Source: Candidatus Woesebacteria bacterium GW2011_GWF1_31_35 (GTDB lineage: Bacteria; Patescibacteriota; Microgenomatia; UBA8517). Taken from it: a stretch of 64,000 nucleotides of DNA. The stretch's first letter is position 1. Each line of letters opens with the position of its first letter. The stretch spans positions 557,767-621,766 of the forward strand of contig CP011214.1 of NCBI GenBank assembly GCA_001029755.1, given 5' to 3'. Shown piece after piece: positions 49,251 through 58,456 of this stretch. Below the pieces are notes generated by a model. It searched no databases. It saw nothing but the letters and a program-made list of their open reading frames with translations, and was not told the origin of the DNA. Made by a program: the position numbers and the translations under genes.

Positions 49251-51074
49251 TTATTTAATCCCAAAACTTTTCTTTCTTCTTTCTTCTCTTTCATCTAGAA
49301 TTATTTTTCTAAGTCTAATCGATTTTGGAGTAACTTCAACAAGTTCAGTATCATCAATATATTCCAATGCATCATCTAACCCCATTATTTTTGGAGTATT
49401 AAAATGTTCTGCAGAACCATCCCCCTTACTTCTCATATTACTTAGTTGCTTTTCTTTACAAACATTAACGACCATGTCCCCTGCTCTTGAGTTTTGCCCT
49501 ACAATCTGACCTTTATAAACTTTAACAGCAGGACCTATAAAAAGTTGCCCTTGATCTTGAACATTTACCAAACCATATAGTCTCGTTTCACCTGTTTCAA
49601 AGGCAACCATGGATCCTCTGTCTCTATTTCTTTCAAATCCATCATCTGGTAAAAAGTCATAAAAGGTTGAGTTTATTATCCCCATGCCTTTAGTATCTGT
49701 TATAAGTATGCCTCTAAATCCTATTAGTTCTTTGGTTGAAACTGTAAACTCTAAAGTTACTATTCCATCTTCGTTTTTAAACATATCATCCATTTTGGCG
49801 TGGCGAATGCCCATATGTTGAATAACGATACCTGAAAATTCTTCTGGAACATCGATATAAACTTTTTCAAAAGGAGTTAATTTCTTTCCATCAACTTCTT
49901 TTGTAATAACATAAGGTTTACTAACTGCAAACTCATACCCTTCTCTTCTCATTCTTTCAATTAAAATTGCTAAATGTAATTCACCTCTACCACAGACAGT
50001 CCAAGTTCCATCAGGATTGTCATATACTTTTAAGGCAACATCAGTTTCAAGTTCTTTATAAAGTCTTTCTCTTATCTGGCTACTAGTTTTAAAGTCTCCT
50101 TCACATCCACCAAATGGTGAATCATTTACTAAAAAGACCATTTTTACGGTAGGTTCCTCAATTTTTAAAACAGGAAGAGCAAATGGATTATTGATATCAG
50201 CAATAGTTTCTCCAATTGTTACATCAAGAATTCCAGTTACCGCGACAATATCCCCAGCTACTGCTTCTTTTTCTTCTAATTTTGTTAAACCTTTAAAAGT
50301 TGAAAGAGAAGTAATTTTAGCTTTTTTTTGAATTCCATCTCTATTTATATGAATTATCTCTGAATTGGCAGTTAATTTTCCATTTTTAATTCTTCCTATC
50401 GCAATTCTTCCTTTGTAATTATCTTTTCCAATGTTACTAACAAGCATTTGCAAAGGTTTTTCAGGATCAGCATCAGGAGCTGGAATATAACTTAAAATTT
50501 CTTCAAACACAGGAGTAATATTGGTCATTTTAGTAATATCTGGTTCATATCCAGCAATTCCATCTCTACCTGATGCATAAATAGTTGGGAAAAATGCAGT
50601 TGTTTCATCAGCTCCTAATTCAACAAAAAGGTCAAATGTCTTACCTTGAACCCACTCAGGTCGTGCACCTTTTTTGTCAATTTTATTTACGATAACAATA
50701 ATTTTTAAACCCATTTTTAAGGCGTGTTTTAAAACAAATCTTGTTTGAGGCATTGGTCCTTCTTTTGCATCAACTAAAAGAAGTGCTCCATCGGCCATAG
50801 ATAAAACACGTTCTACTTCTCCACCAAAGTCGGCATGTCCTGGAGTGTCTATGATATTAATTTTGGTACCTTTATATTCAACTGAAGCATTTTTAGAAAA
50901 AATTGTTATTCCTCTTTCTCTTTCTAATTCATTGCTATCTAAAATTGTGCCCATTTCAGCAACTTCCTTTTTCATTTCAGTATGTGACTGACGCAAAAGC
51001 GCATCCACTAAGGTAGTTTTACCGTGGTCAACGTGAGCAATGATTGCAACATTTCTAATATCCATATTTATCAA
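49251..51074 (-). CDS. typA: Ribosome-associated translational GTPase TypA/BipA
   Basis: MDIRNVAIIAHVDHGKTTLVDALL, DTPGHADF, NKID; EF-G-like domains; 607 aa. Confidence 0.9.
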   Translation of the reverse strand: MINMDIRNVAIIAHVDHGKTTLVDALLRQSHTEMKKEVAEMGTILDSNELERERGITIFSKNASVEYKGTKINIIDTPGHADFGGEVERVLSMADGALLLVDAKEGPMPQTRFVLKHALKMGLKIIVIVNKIDKKGARPEWVQGKTFDLFVELGADETTAFFPTIYASGRDGIAGYEPDITKMTNITPVFEEILSYIPAPDADPEKPLQMLVSNIGKDNYKGRIAIGRIKNGKLTANSEIIHINRDGIQKKAKITSLSTFKGLTKLEEKEAVAGDIVAVTGILDVTIGETIADINNPFALPVLKIEEPTVKMVFLVNDSPFGGCEGDFKTSSQIRERLYKELETDVALKVYDNPDGTWTVCGRGELHLAILIERMRREGYEFAVSKPYVITKEVDGKKLTPFEKVYIDVPEEFSGIVIQHMGIRHAKMDDMFKNEDGIVTLEFTVSTKELIGFRGILITDTKGMGIINSTFYDFLPDDGFERNRDRGSMVAFETGETRLYGLVNVQDQGQLFIGPAVKVYKGQIVGQNSRAGDMVVNVCKEKQLSNMRSKGDGSAEHFNTPKIMGLDDALEYIDDTELVEVTPKSIRLRKIILDEREERRKKSFGIK

Positions 51075-51133
51075 TAAAAAAGCCGCATCTTTTGCGGCTA
51101 ACTAAATAAGCCTATAAGATATTATATCATAAG

Positions 51134-51204
51134 TGGACCCGGCGGGAATTGAACCCGCTATTCATCCATGCCATGGACGCGTGTTACCGGTGCACTACGG
51201 GCCC
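51134..51204 (-). tRNA. tRNA-Ala (anticodon GGC)
   Basis: Cloverleaf folded by hand: acceptor GGGCCCG/CGGGUCC with the G3-U70 alanine identity pair; anticodon stem CGUCC/GGAUG with loop AUGGCAU; T-arm GCGGG-UUCAAUU-CCCGC. CCA is not encoded. Confidence 0.75.
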
Positions 51205-51229
51205 TAATTGTAATATTTTATCATAACAA

Positions 51230-51655
51230 TTAGTTTGTTTTGTGCCACCTTTGTACAAAATTGCTAAATTCTTCTTGACGATGAATAATTTCATTAATTA
51301 TAAGTTTTGACAGCATTTCTAGTTCAATTTGGATACTAGTATTAAAATATATAATTGTACAAACACCCATATATTTTTTTCGAGTTGTTTTAATATAACT
51401 TGTTCTTTTATCTATGTATGTTGGATAGAATTGAATAGATGGAATATTTATTATTTTTTTCCAATAGGCAACTAATTTATTAATATTCTGGTCATTTCTT
51501 GCTTGTATTCGAACACGCATTTTGGAAGTTTCAATTTTGTATAAGTCAAATAATAATTTTAAATATAGTTGTATTATGTCAGGATCCGAGTTTGTTAATC
51601 GTAGATCTTTTGTACTTTTATATTTTGCCCCTTCTCCAAGGTATAAAATACACAA
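51230..51655 (-). CDS. Hypothetical protein
   Basis: 141-aa ORF between two tRNA genes. No recognisable motif. Confidence 0.35.
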   Translation of the reverse strand: MCILYLGEGAKYKSTKDLRLTNSDPDIIQLYLKLLFDLYKIETSKMRVRIQARNDQNINKLVAYWKKIINIPSIQFYPTYIDKRTSYIKTTRKKYMGVCTIIYFNTSIQIELEMLSKLIINEIIHRQEEFSNFVQRWHKTN

Positions 51656-51728
51656 TATAATTTTTTGTATTTGAGGATCAATATTTGAAATATATTTTAT
51701 ATTATTAGAATAAATATCCTTTAGTTTA

Positions 51729-51959
51729 TTAAGCCGGTTTGTTCTTATTATTTTTTAAACCCTTTTTTTGCGATTTCCTAATCTTATTCTTTATTTTTAA
51801 AGATAATATTTTTTCTTGATTTTTTGAATATTTTAAGTTTTTGAACCATCCACTTAAAGTACTTTTGGGAATTTCTATTCTTAATTTTGTAGTGATTTCT
51901 GAATAGGTAAAACCATTAAGTCTAAGTTTAATTGCTTTAGATTTTTGTTCTTTATACAC
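51729..51959 (-). CDS. Small helix-turn-helix protein (resolvase/Hin-type HTH-like)
   Basis: AIKLRLNGFTYSEITTKLRIEIPKSTLSGWFKN resembles the resolvase-family C-terminal HTH. Lys-rich tail. Confidence 0.4.
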   Translation of the reverse strand: MYKEQKSKAIKLRLNGFTYSEITTKLRIEIPKSTLSGWFKNLKYSKNQEKILSLKIKNKIRKSQKKGLKNNKNKPA

Positions 51960-52036
51960 TATTTAATAGTACATCTGAGGAATATGTTGTACAACAGTAT
52001 ATGTGTATACGAGATATTAAATAATATGTTATTTTG

Positions 52037-52109
52037 TGGACCCTGCAAGGCTCGAACTTGCGACCTTGCCTACGTCAAAGGCACGCTCTACCAACTGAGC
52101 TAAGAGTCC
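52037..52109 (-). tRNA. tRNA-Val (anticodon GAC)
   Basis: GGACUCU-UA-GCUC-AGUUGGUA-GAGC-G-UGCCU-UUGACGU-AGGCA-AGGUC-GCAAG-UUCGAGC-CUUGC-AGGGUCC-A. TATAAT-like box about 12 nt upstream of the 5' end. Confidence 0.8.
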
Positions 52110-52262
52110 AATTTGATTATTATATTACAAAAATTATGGCTTAGAAACAGCAATCTCCCCTGGATCGCAACTTCTGTAAATCTTACTACACATACTCCAT
52201 GATAGTGTGGATAAGTTTTTGATTTAGCAATCCGCCTATCTTTAACAAAATCAAATAAAGAC

Positions 52263-52901
52263 TTACCCTGCAGATCTTTGAGAATATGATTCACCAGAAA
52301 GAAGAAATGAAGTACCTTTCTTTTTATACTGAGACCAATAGTTTTTCTTGTCTGCTCTTTTGCTTGCTCCTTGCATCCAAACAATTGCATTATCAATCTT
52401 TTTTCTAAAATCAGAAATTATTTTAATTATATTTTCAAAAAAACTAATTTGATATTCGGATGCATTTACTGGATTTTGCATTATAGCTACCTTTACCTCT
52501 TGGCTTAAGTTTGCAGTAGATGATGCAAGTTTTAAAGCTTCAGTTGATACAGCTTGAAGTCTTAATCTTAAATCATCAATTTTTCTTTGAGTTTCATCTC
52601 GTTCTTCAGCAAATAGTCTTCTTTCAAAAAATATTTGTTCATTTATTTTTTGTTTTTGTTCTTCTTTGCCTGACATGACTTCAGAAACATCAATTGATCC
52701 TCCTGGAGTTAAATCGCCTGATCTTTTTTCTTGAAGTTTTTTCTGTTGACCTAAAAGTTGTCTGAAAAACTCATCACTTGTTAGTTTAACTTCACTAGCA
52801 GCGGTATTAACAGTTTGAGACCCAATTTCATTAATGGACTCCAAGATATTCTTGGTCCTTATTTGTTTTTGTGTCTTTGTTTTTTGATTTTTATAATCCA
52901 T
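52263..52901 (-). CDS. Hypothetical coiled-coil protein downstream of trigger factor
   Basis: 212 aa, Gln/Lys/Glu-rich predicted coiled coil. No motif recognised. Confidence 0.4.
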   Translation of the reverse strand: MDYKNQKTKTQKQIRTKNILESINEIGSQTVNTAASEVKLTSDEFFRQLLGQQKKLQEKRSGDLTPGGSIDVSEVMSGKEEQKQKINEQIFFERRLFAEERDETQRKIDDLRLRLQAVSTEALKLASSTANLSQEVKVAIMQNPVNASEYQISFFENIIKIISDFRKKIDNAIVWMQGASKRADKKNYWSQYKKKGTSFLLSGESYSQRSAG

Positions 52902-52910
52902 TGGCCTATT

Positions 52911-53753
52911 TTACATCAATGATGCAAGTTTATCCAAGGCAGACCTACGTAGTATAACTCTTTTTAAAATATCTCTTTGATCTTTTTCAACTTTAGTAAG
53001 GTCAGATCCTGTTGTTTTAATAAACTCATCTATTTTTTGATCATTAACTTCAATTTTTTCTTCTTTTGCAACTTCATTTAAAATAAGTTCTAGGGAAATT
53101 GCATCTTTTGCTTGTATAGAATATTCAGCTCGTAAATCCTCAGGAGTTTTACCAACTGATTTTAAGTATCCTTCCAAGGATAATCCTAATTTTTCAATTC
53201 TTGAAAGAAGTTGAGAAAGTCTTCCATTTGCTTCTTCTTCAACTAATATTTTTGGAACAGTAATTTTAATTGTTTCTAGTATTGCCTTAATTAAATTACT
53301 TTCCTTTTCATCTTTAGTAATTTCTTTACCAGGAACAATAATTGATTTTGATCTTAATTCTCCTTCAAGTTTTTTCTTGTAATCACCTAAGTAAATTTTA
53401 GGCAGTTCACATGTAATTGCTCTTATTTGCCAATCAGACCCCTTCTCTATTTTAATGGCTTCAAATTTAGGATAGATTGCAGGGTTTAATTTTTCAGAAG
53501 TTACTGCGTCTGAAAAAGCTTTAGGTAAAAGGTGACTTAAAACATGCTCTGTTAAAGTTTCGTTTGAAATTTTTTCTTCAACCTTAGCTAAAGGTGCCAT
53601 CCCTTTTCTAAATCCTGGAACAGTTATATCTTTTGCAAGTTCTTTTATTACTTCTTCTTTTGTTGAGGAAACTAGATCAGTAGGAATTGTGAAAGTAATT
53701 TGAATATTACCATCACCTTCCTTAGCAACGACTGAAGTTATTTTTGAATTCAT
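52911..53753 (-). CDS. tig: Trigger factor (short form; N-terminal ribosome-binding domain recognisable)
   Basis: ITFTIPTDLV...VPGFRKGMAPLAKVEEKIS matches the TF signature GFRKGK.P. Only 280 aa. Confidence 0.7.
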   Translation of the reverse strand: MNSKITSVVAKEGDGNIQITFTIPTDLVSSTKEEVIKELAKDITVPGFRKGMAPLAKVEEKISNETLTEHVLSHLLPKAFSDAVTSEKLNPAIYPKFEAIKIEKGSDWQIRAITCELPKIYLGDYKKKLEGELRSKSIIVPGKEITKDEKESNLIKAILETIKITVPKILVEEEANGRLSQLLSRIEKLGLSLEGYLKSVGKTPEDLRAEYSIQAKDAISLELILNEVAKEEKIEVNDQKIDEFIKTTGSDLTKVEKDQRDILKRVILRRSALDKLASLM

Positions 53754-54107
53754 AAATTAGGATTATATATTAAAATTTAAAATAAAAAAATTAGGAATAA
53801 AAATAAAAACTTAAGATCCACCTTTATGCTGTGTAACAATCACATTAGTTTTAGGCAAACTAGATTTATCAAACTTTGGAGTCAAAGATCCACCAGCTTT
53901 TAAGCTTTGGTTTATTTTATAAAAGTTTGGTTTACTGAAAATTGATACTCTAGGTACCTTAATAGTATTTGTTTGTTTGTTGTTGGTTGGCAAGCTTTGC
54001 TTATCCATAATCTATATAGTATACTACATATGCCTTCTGTAAGGTCAGGTTTGTCCCCAAGGTAAGGCTTCGGTTTGGAGGTGAAGAATTTAAATTTAAA
54101 TTAAAAT

Positions 54108-54359
54108 ATGAAAAAATTATTTATAGGAAATCTTTCGTGGGAAGTTTCATCTGATGACCTAAGAGCCTTTTTTGCGACATTTGGTACAGTTGTTGATGCC
54201 GTAGTTATTATGGATAGAATGACTGGTAGATCTCGTGGATTCGGTTTTGTAGAAATGGGTACTGAGGAAGAAGCACAAAAAGCATTAGAAGGTAACGGTA
54301 AAGACTTAAAAGGTAGAAACATGAACGTAAACATGGCTAAACCTCAAGAAGATCGTTAA
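54108..54359 (+). CDS. RRM-type RNA-binding protein
   Basis: RNP-2 KLFIGNLSW, RNP-1 RGFGFVEM; 83 aa. Confidence 0.85.
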   Translation: MKKLFIGNLSWEVSSDDLRAFFATFGTVVDAVVIMDRMTGRSRGFGFVEMGTEEEAQKALEGNGKDLKGRNMNVNMAKPQEDR

Positions 54360-55359
54360 AAACTTTTAAAGTTTTAATTATCACATCTCCCCAAACAGGA
54401 TTCATATTATGATCTGCTTTGGGGTAGATGAGATAAGTCGAATTGACATTTAACTCTCCTAATCTCTTAACAAAATTTTCGCTCCAATTATATGGTACAG
54501 CGTCATCATTTGTTCCTTGGAAGAGTGTTATAGGAGCTTTTATTCTGTCTAAATAGTTAGTTAAAGAATATTTTTCAACATCATAACTGTCTTCAAATTT
54601 TGCTAATTCATTTCTAATAAATTTTCCATGATCATCTGATTCGTCTGTATAGTAAAGAATTGAATAAGGAAAAGGTTTTGTAACAGGTGCCCAAAGCACG
54701 GTTGGATAATTTTCTCCTGTTATTTCTAATGTTGTTATAGCAATTTGTCCCCCATTTGAATGTCCCCAGATAAATATATTTTTACCATCCCAGTTTGAAA
54801 AATTCTCTTTATTAATTGATTTTAATAAAGTTAAAATAGTTACATATGTTTGGAATCTGGATTCAAAAATATTTCCTGATTCAGAATCAGATCCACCATA
54901 ACCTAAAAAATCTGGGGCAATTGTTATATATCCATTTTTAGATAAAAATTCTCCCACTCTTTTTGATCCATCTCCTGTTTTATAATTTTTTTGATCAACA
55001 TAACCTCTAATTAAAACAATAATTGGAAAATGTCCTATTTCTGAAGGAATATTTATAAGTCCAGTAACTTTTTTAAGATTCTTGTTTTCTAAGGTTGGAT
55101 CAAATTTAAATTCAAACATTTTAGATACAAAATTAGAATCAGTTACTAATGTCTCTGTAATATTAATTTTTGAAGGTTCAACTTTAGCCTTACTTAAGTT
55201 TTCAATTGTATATTTTTCTAAGGGTTTAGGTTTATTCCAACTTGGAAGTTCTTGATTTTTATTTAAATAGTTTTTATATAAATCACTTCCCCACCAACCA
55301 ATAGAAACTAAAACTAGACTAATTAAAAAGTATAAGTATATTTGATAATTATTTTTCAT
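54337..55359 (-). CDS. Secreted/membrane-anchored alpha/beta hydrolase (S9/dienelactone hydrolase-like)
   Basis: N-terminal TM. Nucleophile elbow IWGHSNGGQIA (GxSxG), with downstream Asp/His (DDAVPY...ADHNM). Confidence 0.65.
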   Translation of the reverse strand: MKNNYQIYLYFLISLVLVSIGWWGSDLYKNYLNKNQELPSWNKPKPLEKYTIENLSKAKVEPSKINITETLVTDSNFVSKMFEFKFDPTLENKNLKKVTGLINIPSEIGHFPIIVLIRGYVDQKNYKTGDGSKRVGEFLSKNGYITIAPDFLGYGGSDSESGNIFESRFQTYVTILTLLKSINKENFSNWDGKNIFIWGHSNGGQIAITTLEITGENYPTVLWAPVTKPFPYSILYYTDESDDHGKFIRNELAKFEDSYDVEKYSLTNYLDRIKAPITLFQGTNDDAVPYNWSENFVKRLGELNVNSTYLIYPKADHNMNPVWGDVIIKTLKVFNDLLEV

Positions 55360-55407
55360 TTTTTAATTAAGTATGTTGACATTTTTTGATACTAATATAT
55401 AATTCTA

Positions 55408-55473
55408 TCTTAGACAGAAACGCGTGGGCGCGGACTTGATTCCGATCTCGCCCAAAGCACTGTCTATTTTTTT
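55408..55473 (+). ncRNA. Candidate small RNA: consensus sigma70-type promoter followed by a GC-rich hairpin and U7 tract
   Basis: TTGACA (55376-55381), 16 nt spacer, TATAAT (55398-55403). Then GACAG..GGGCG..CGCCC..CUGUC nested hairpin (55413-55464) followed by UAUUUUUUU. The hairpin also abuts the DUF3800 stop on the other strand. Confidence 0.25.
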
Positions 55474-56210
55474 GATTTAAAATTTATCTCTTTAATTTTA
55501 AAGATTCTATCAAAACTCATTTTCCTCTCAATGTTATTATTAAGAACAGGTTCATTTAATTTAGATTGCAAATATTTTAATACACGTAATTTAGGATTTT
55601 TGTTATCAGGTTTAATTTGATGAAATTTTATTTTAAAAGAGTAAGCTACTAAACCCACTAATACATCTACCATTTGTAGCATTGTAAAAGCATGTGATTC
55701 GGCTCTTATAATACCAAAAAGAGCATTCCTTCTAAGTCTTTTCTTAATTTTGATTTTAATAGATTTTTCGAAATTATCGTCTTTTGGTGTTGTAACATCA
55801 TCTGCTATGACTGCAATATATTCAGAAATGTCTAGTGATTCAGAAATTAATTTTGCCGTAAAAGCATTATATGCACTATATTGGTTATCTTTGTGGTATT
55901 TTTTAATGTCAATGGAATCTTTATCAAAGACTGTGACTGAAAAATAGGTAAATTTAGTATCAAAATAAACGTCAATTAGTTTTTTATATATGTTTATATT
56001 TTTGTTTGCTATATCGGTTGATTTAAATTCAGCTTTGATTTTATATCTATTTTTAAGCTCAACTATTTTTCTGTGAAGTTCAGTGGGATGTTGTAATTTA
56101 ATTAATCCCAAAGCAAACACTCTTTCGTTTGGAGTTTTAAGATGTCCAGATTCATCAAGAAAACCAAAAACGTGATTAACAGATTTTGGTCCAGGTTTAG
56201 AATTCTGCAT
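55464..56210 (-). CDS. DUF3800 family protein
   Basis: N-terminal VFGFLDESGH and C-terminal ESHAFTMLQMVDVLVG match the conserved DESG / Q..D blocks of DUF3800. Confidence 0.5.
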   Translation of the reverse strand: MQNSKPGPKSVNHVFGFLDESGHLKTPNERVFALGLIKLQHPTELHRKIVELKNRYKIKAEFKSTDIANKNINIYKKLIDVYFDTKFTYFSVTVFDKDSIDIKKYHKDNQYSAYNAFTAKLISESLDISEYIAVIADDVTTPKDDNFEKSIKIKIKKRLRRNALFGIIRAESHAFTMLQMVDVLVGLVAYSFKIKFHQIKPDNKNPKLRVLKYLQSKLNEPVLNNNIERKMSFDRIFKIKEINFKSKK

Positions 56211-56299
56211 ATGTAATTAATGTTATATATTATTTGCAATTATTGCAATGGTATATTTTATATATTGCATTCGGTATTTATTTGGTTTAAAAATAAAGT

Positions 56300-56542
56300 A
56301 TGAGTACCCAAATAATAGGCGAAAAAGTAAACGTAATTTTAGCTTCTAAAACTCCAGTCTCTCTTTCTTGGCGAGGCCGAGATTATAAAATTACAAAAAT
56401 AGGACTTCACCACAATTTATATGAAGGTAAGACATTAATCCATATTTTTTCAGTTCTTTCAGGTACCCTTTTTTTAAAACTTAAATTTAATACCAAAAAC
56501 TTAGAATGGACTTTACTAGAAATTTATGATGAGAAATTTTAA
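56300..56542 (+). CDS. Small protein (80 aa) translationally coupled to the Y-family polymerase gene
   Basis: Ends 17 nt inside the dinB ORF. Motif unrecognised (..SWRGRDYKITKIGLHH..). Confidence 0.45.
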   Translation: MSTQIIGEKVNVILASKTPVSLSWRGRDYKITKIGLHHNLYEGKTLIHIFSVLSGTLFLKLKFNTKNLEWTLLEIYDEKF

Positions 56543-57737
56543 TAAATCTAAGCCTTTAGTAGTTCACCTTGATATTAATTCTTGTTTTGCAACAATTGAA
56601 CAACAAGCAAACCCACTTCTTAGGGGAAAACCTATTGTTGTTGCTGCTTACAATTTTCCTGGTGGATGTATATTAACTGCTTCAATTGAAGCTAAAAAAC
56701 TAGGAATTAAAACTGGAATGAGGGTTAAAGATGGAAAACTCATTTGCCCTAAGTTAATTGTTCTTATACCGGATCCTAATAAATATAGAGTAGTTCATAA
56801 AAAACTTTATAATTTACTTTCTAAATTTTCAGAAAAAGTAATTCCAAAATCAATTGATGAATTTGTTTTTAAGCTTATTAATCCTAATACTTATTTTTTT
56901 GTGATTAAAGAAATTAAAAAAAGAATAAAATTAGAAATTGGAGAATGGATTACTGTTTCTGTTGGAATTTCTACCAATAGATATTTAGCCAAAGTTGCCG
57001 CTAGTTTAATTAAACCAGATGGGTTAGTTGAAATTAACAAAGATAATTATCAGTTAGTTTTTTCTAAATTAAAACTAACTGATTTAACAGGAATTAAGAA
57101 AAGGAATGAAGGAAGACTTAAAAGTGTAGGAATAAAAACAGTTTTAGATTTTTATGAAAGCCCTATTTGGAAACTTAAATTAGCATTTGGTGGAATTACG
57201 GGGCTTTATTGGCATACAAGGCTTCATGGGTATGAAGTGGATGATTTTGAATCAAAAAGATGTATGTTTGGTAATTCATATGCTCCACCATTTGATAAAT
57301 CTAATATGCCTTTAGAAATTTTATCTAAACTTTGTCAAAAAACAGGTTTTAGGCTAAGAAAAGCAAATTTAAAAGCAAATGGAATCCATTTAGCACTTGA
57401 AGCAAGAGATGGAAATTTTTGGCATATGGGAAAAAAGATTTCAAAAGAATTATTTGAAAGTGGAGATATTTATAAAGAAGCAGTAAAGCTATTAATTTTA
57501 AGTCCAATAAAGACTTCTTTTAAAAATATTGCAGTCTCTGTCTTTGATTTAACAGAAAAAAGTATTTTACAATTAGAGATATTTGATGATGTTTTAAGAA
57601 AGGAAGATCTAAGCAAAAGTTTGGATAAAATTAACGAAAAATGGGGAAATTTTTATATTCATCCTGCTAGAATGATTAAAATAAAAGAGAGTATAAAAGA
57701 TAGAATCTCTTTTGGATCACTCGATCAAATTTACTGA
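56526..57737 (+). CDS. dinB: Y-family DNA polymerase IV (DinB/UmuC family)
   Basis: VVHLDINSCFATIEQQANPLLRGKPIVVA..ILTASIEAKKLGIKTGMRV (catalytic Asp/Glu block), SVGISTNRYLAKVAASLIKPDG (HhH). Confidence 0.9.
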   Translation: MMRNFNKSKPLVVHLDINSCFATIEQQANPLLRGKPIVVAAYNFPGGCILTASIEAKKLGIKTGMRVKDGKLICPKLIVLIPDPNKYRVVHKKLYNLLSKFSEKVIPKSIDEFVFKLINPNTYFFVIKEIKKRIKLEIGEWITVSVGISTNRYLAKVAASLIKPDGLVEINKDNYQLVFSKLKLTDLTGIKKRNEGRLKSVGIKTVLDFYESPIWKLKLAFGGITGLYWHTRLHGYEVDDFESKRCMFGNSYAPPFDKSNMPLEILSKLCQKTGFRLRKANLKANGIHLALEARDGNFWHMGKKISKELFESGDIYKEAVKLLILSPIKTSFKNIAVSVFDLTEKSILQLEIFDDVLRKEDLSKSLDKINEKWGNFYIHPARMIKIKESIKDRISFGSLDQIY

Positions 57738-58208
57738 ATCTCCAATTTCTAACTTATTTTTGTCAGAAAAACCTGCATTCACTTCTAAAACATAATTAAT
57801 TGAAGAGGGAGCTGAATATCTTATTAGTTTACTATCTTCAATGCCTATTTCAGGCTGAACGTTTTTATCAATTTTAATTATTTTTTTATCATTAATCCAA
57901 ATAATATCAAGAGCAATTTTAGTATCTTTCATCCAAAATGTAGGTTTACTACCATCATCGAAAACAAAAAGCATACCAGAATTTTCACCAAGTTTATCTC
58001 TTCCACCCAAGCCTTTTGCTCTTTCTATGTTTGTTTTAGCTAGTTCGACATCAATTTGAAGATTATTAATTTTTAAAATTTTTGTGTTTACTGTTAGTTC
58101 TGTTGCCTTTGAAGGGAAAAAATTATTAAGTTTTCCTTGGGATAAAAGACCTACAAAAGTTATAAATACTGCTACAGCTATAAGTGGAAGAAAAAGAGAT
58201 TTAAACAT
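57717..58208 (-). CDS. DUF192 domain protein (secreted)
   Basis: GMLFVFDDG...FWMKDTKIALDIIWINDKKII matches the DUF192/COG1430 signature. N-terminal signal/TM. Confidence 0.65.
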   Translation of the reverse strand: MFKSLFLPLIAVAVFITFVGLLSQGKLNNFFPSKATELTVNTKILKINNLQIDVELAKTNIERAKGLGGRDKLGENSGMLFVFDDGSKPTFWMKDTKIALDIIWINDKKIIKIDKNVQPEIGIEDSKLIRYSAPSSINYVLEVNAGFSDKNKLEIGDSVNLIE

Positions 58209-58219
58209 TTAGTAATAAC

Positions 58220-58456
58220 TTATTTTAATTCTTTTTCAATCAAGGCCAATTCTGCATCAATTGTATCTAAATTAGTTTCATTTAAATCCTTTTCAATAGC
58301 TACCAATTCGTCTGATTTGGAAGTCGATTCAATTTTATTAATACTAGTCTCAAACTTAACTGGAGATGTGAGTTTGTTTGATGATATTAAATATGCAAAA
58401 AAACCAAAAACCATAACTAATATCGAAAGTAAAACTAAAATACCTTTATCTTTCAT
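58220..58456 (-). CDS. Hypothetical membrane-anchored small protein
   Basis: N-terminal TM (ILVLLSILVMVFGFFAYLI). Coupled to the upstream ORF by an ATGA overlap. Confidence 0.35.
   Translation of the reverse strand: MKDKGILVLLSILVMVFGFFAYLISSNKLTSPVKFETSINKIESTSKSDELVAIEKDLNETNLDTIDAELALIEKELK

Noticed and set aside
52100-52396. 98-aa ORF on the minus strand
   Set aside because: It overlaps the tRNA-Val gene and the adjacent promoter region and has no motif. Likely spurious.
53811-54008. 65-aa minus-strand ORF upstream of trigger factor
   Set aside because: No RBS or motif recognised. The composition (Lys/Asn/Pro-rich) is typical of translated AT-rich spacer. Left unannotated.
55413-55464. 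GC-rich hairpin read as a tRNA or tRNA fragment (contains a GAUUCCGAUC T-loop-like string)
   Set aside because: No acceptor or anticodon arms could be folded. Better explained as a terminator-type hairpin or sRNA body.
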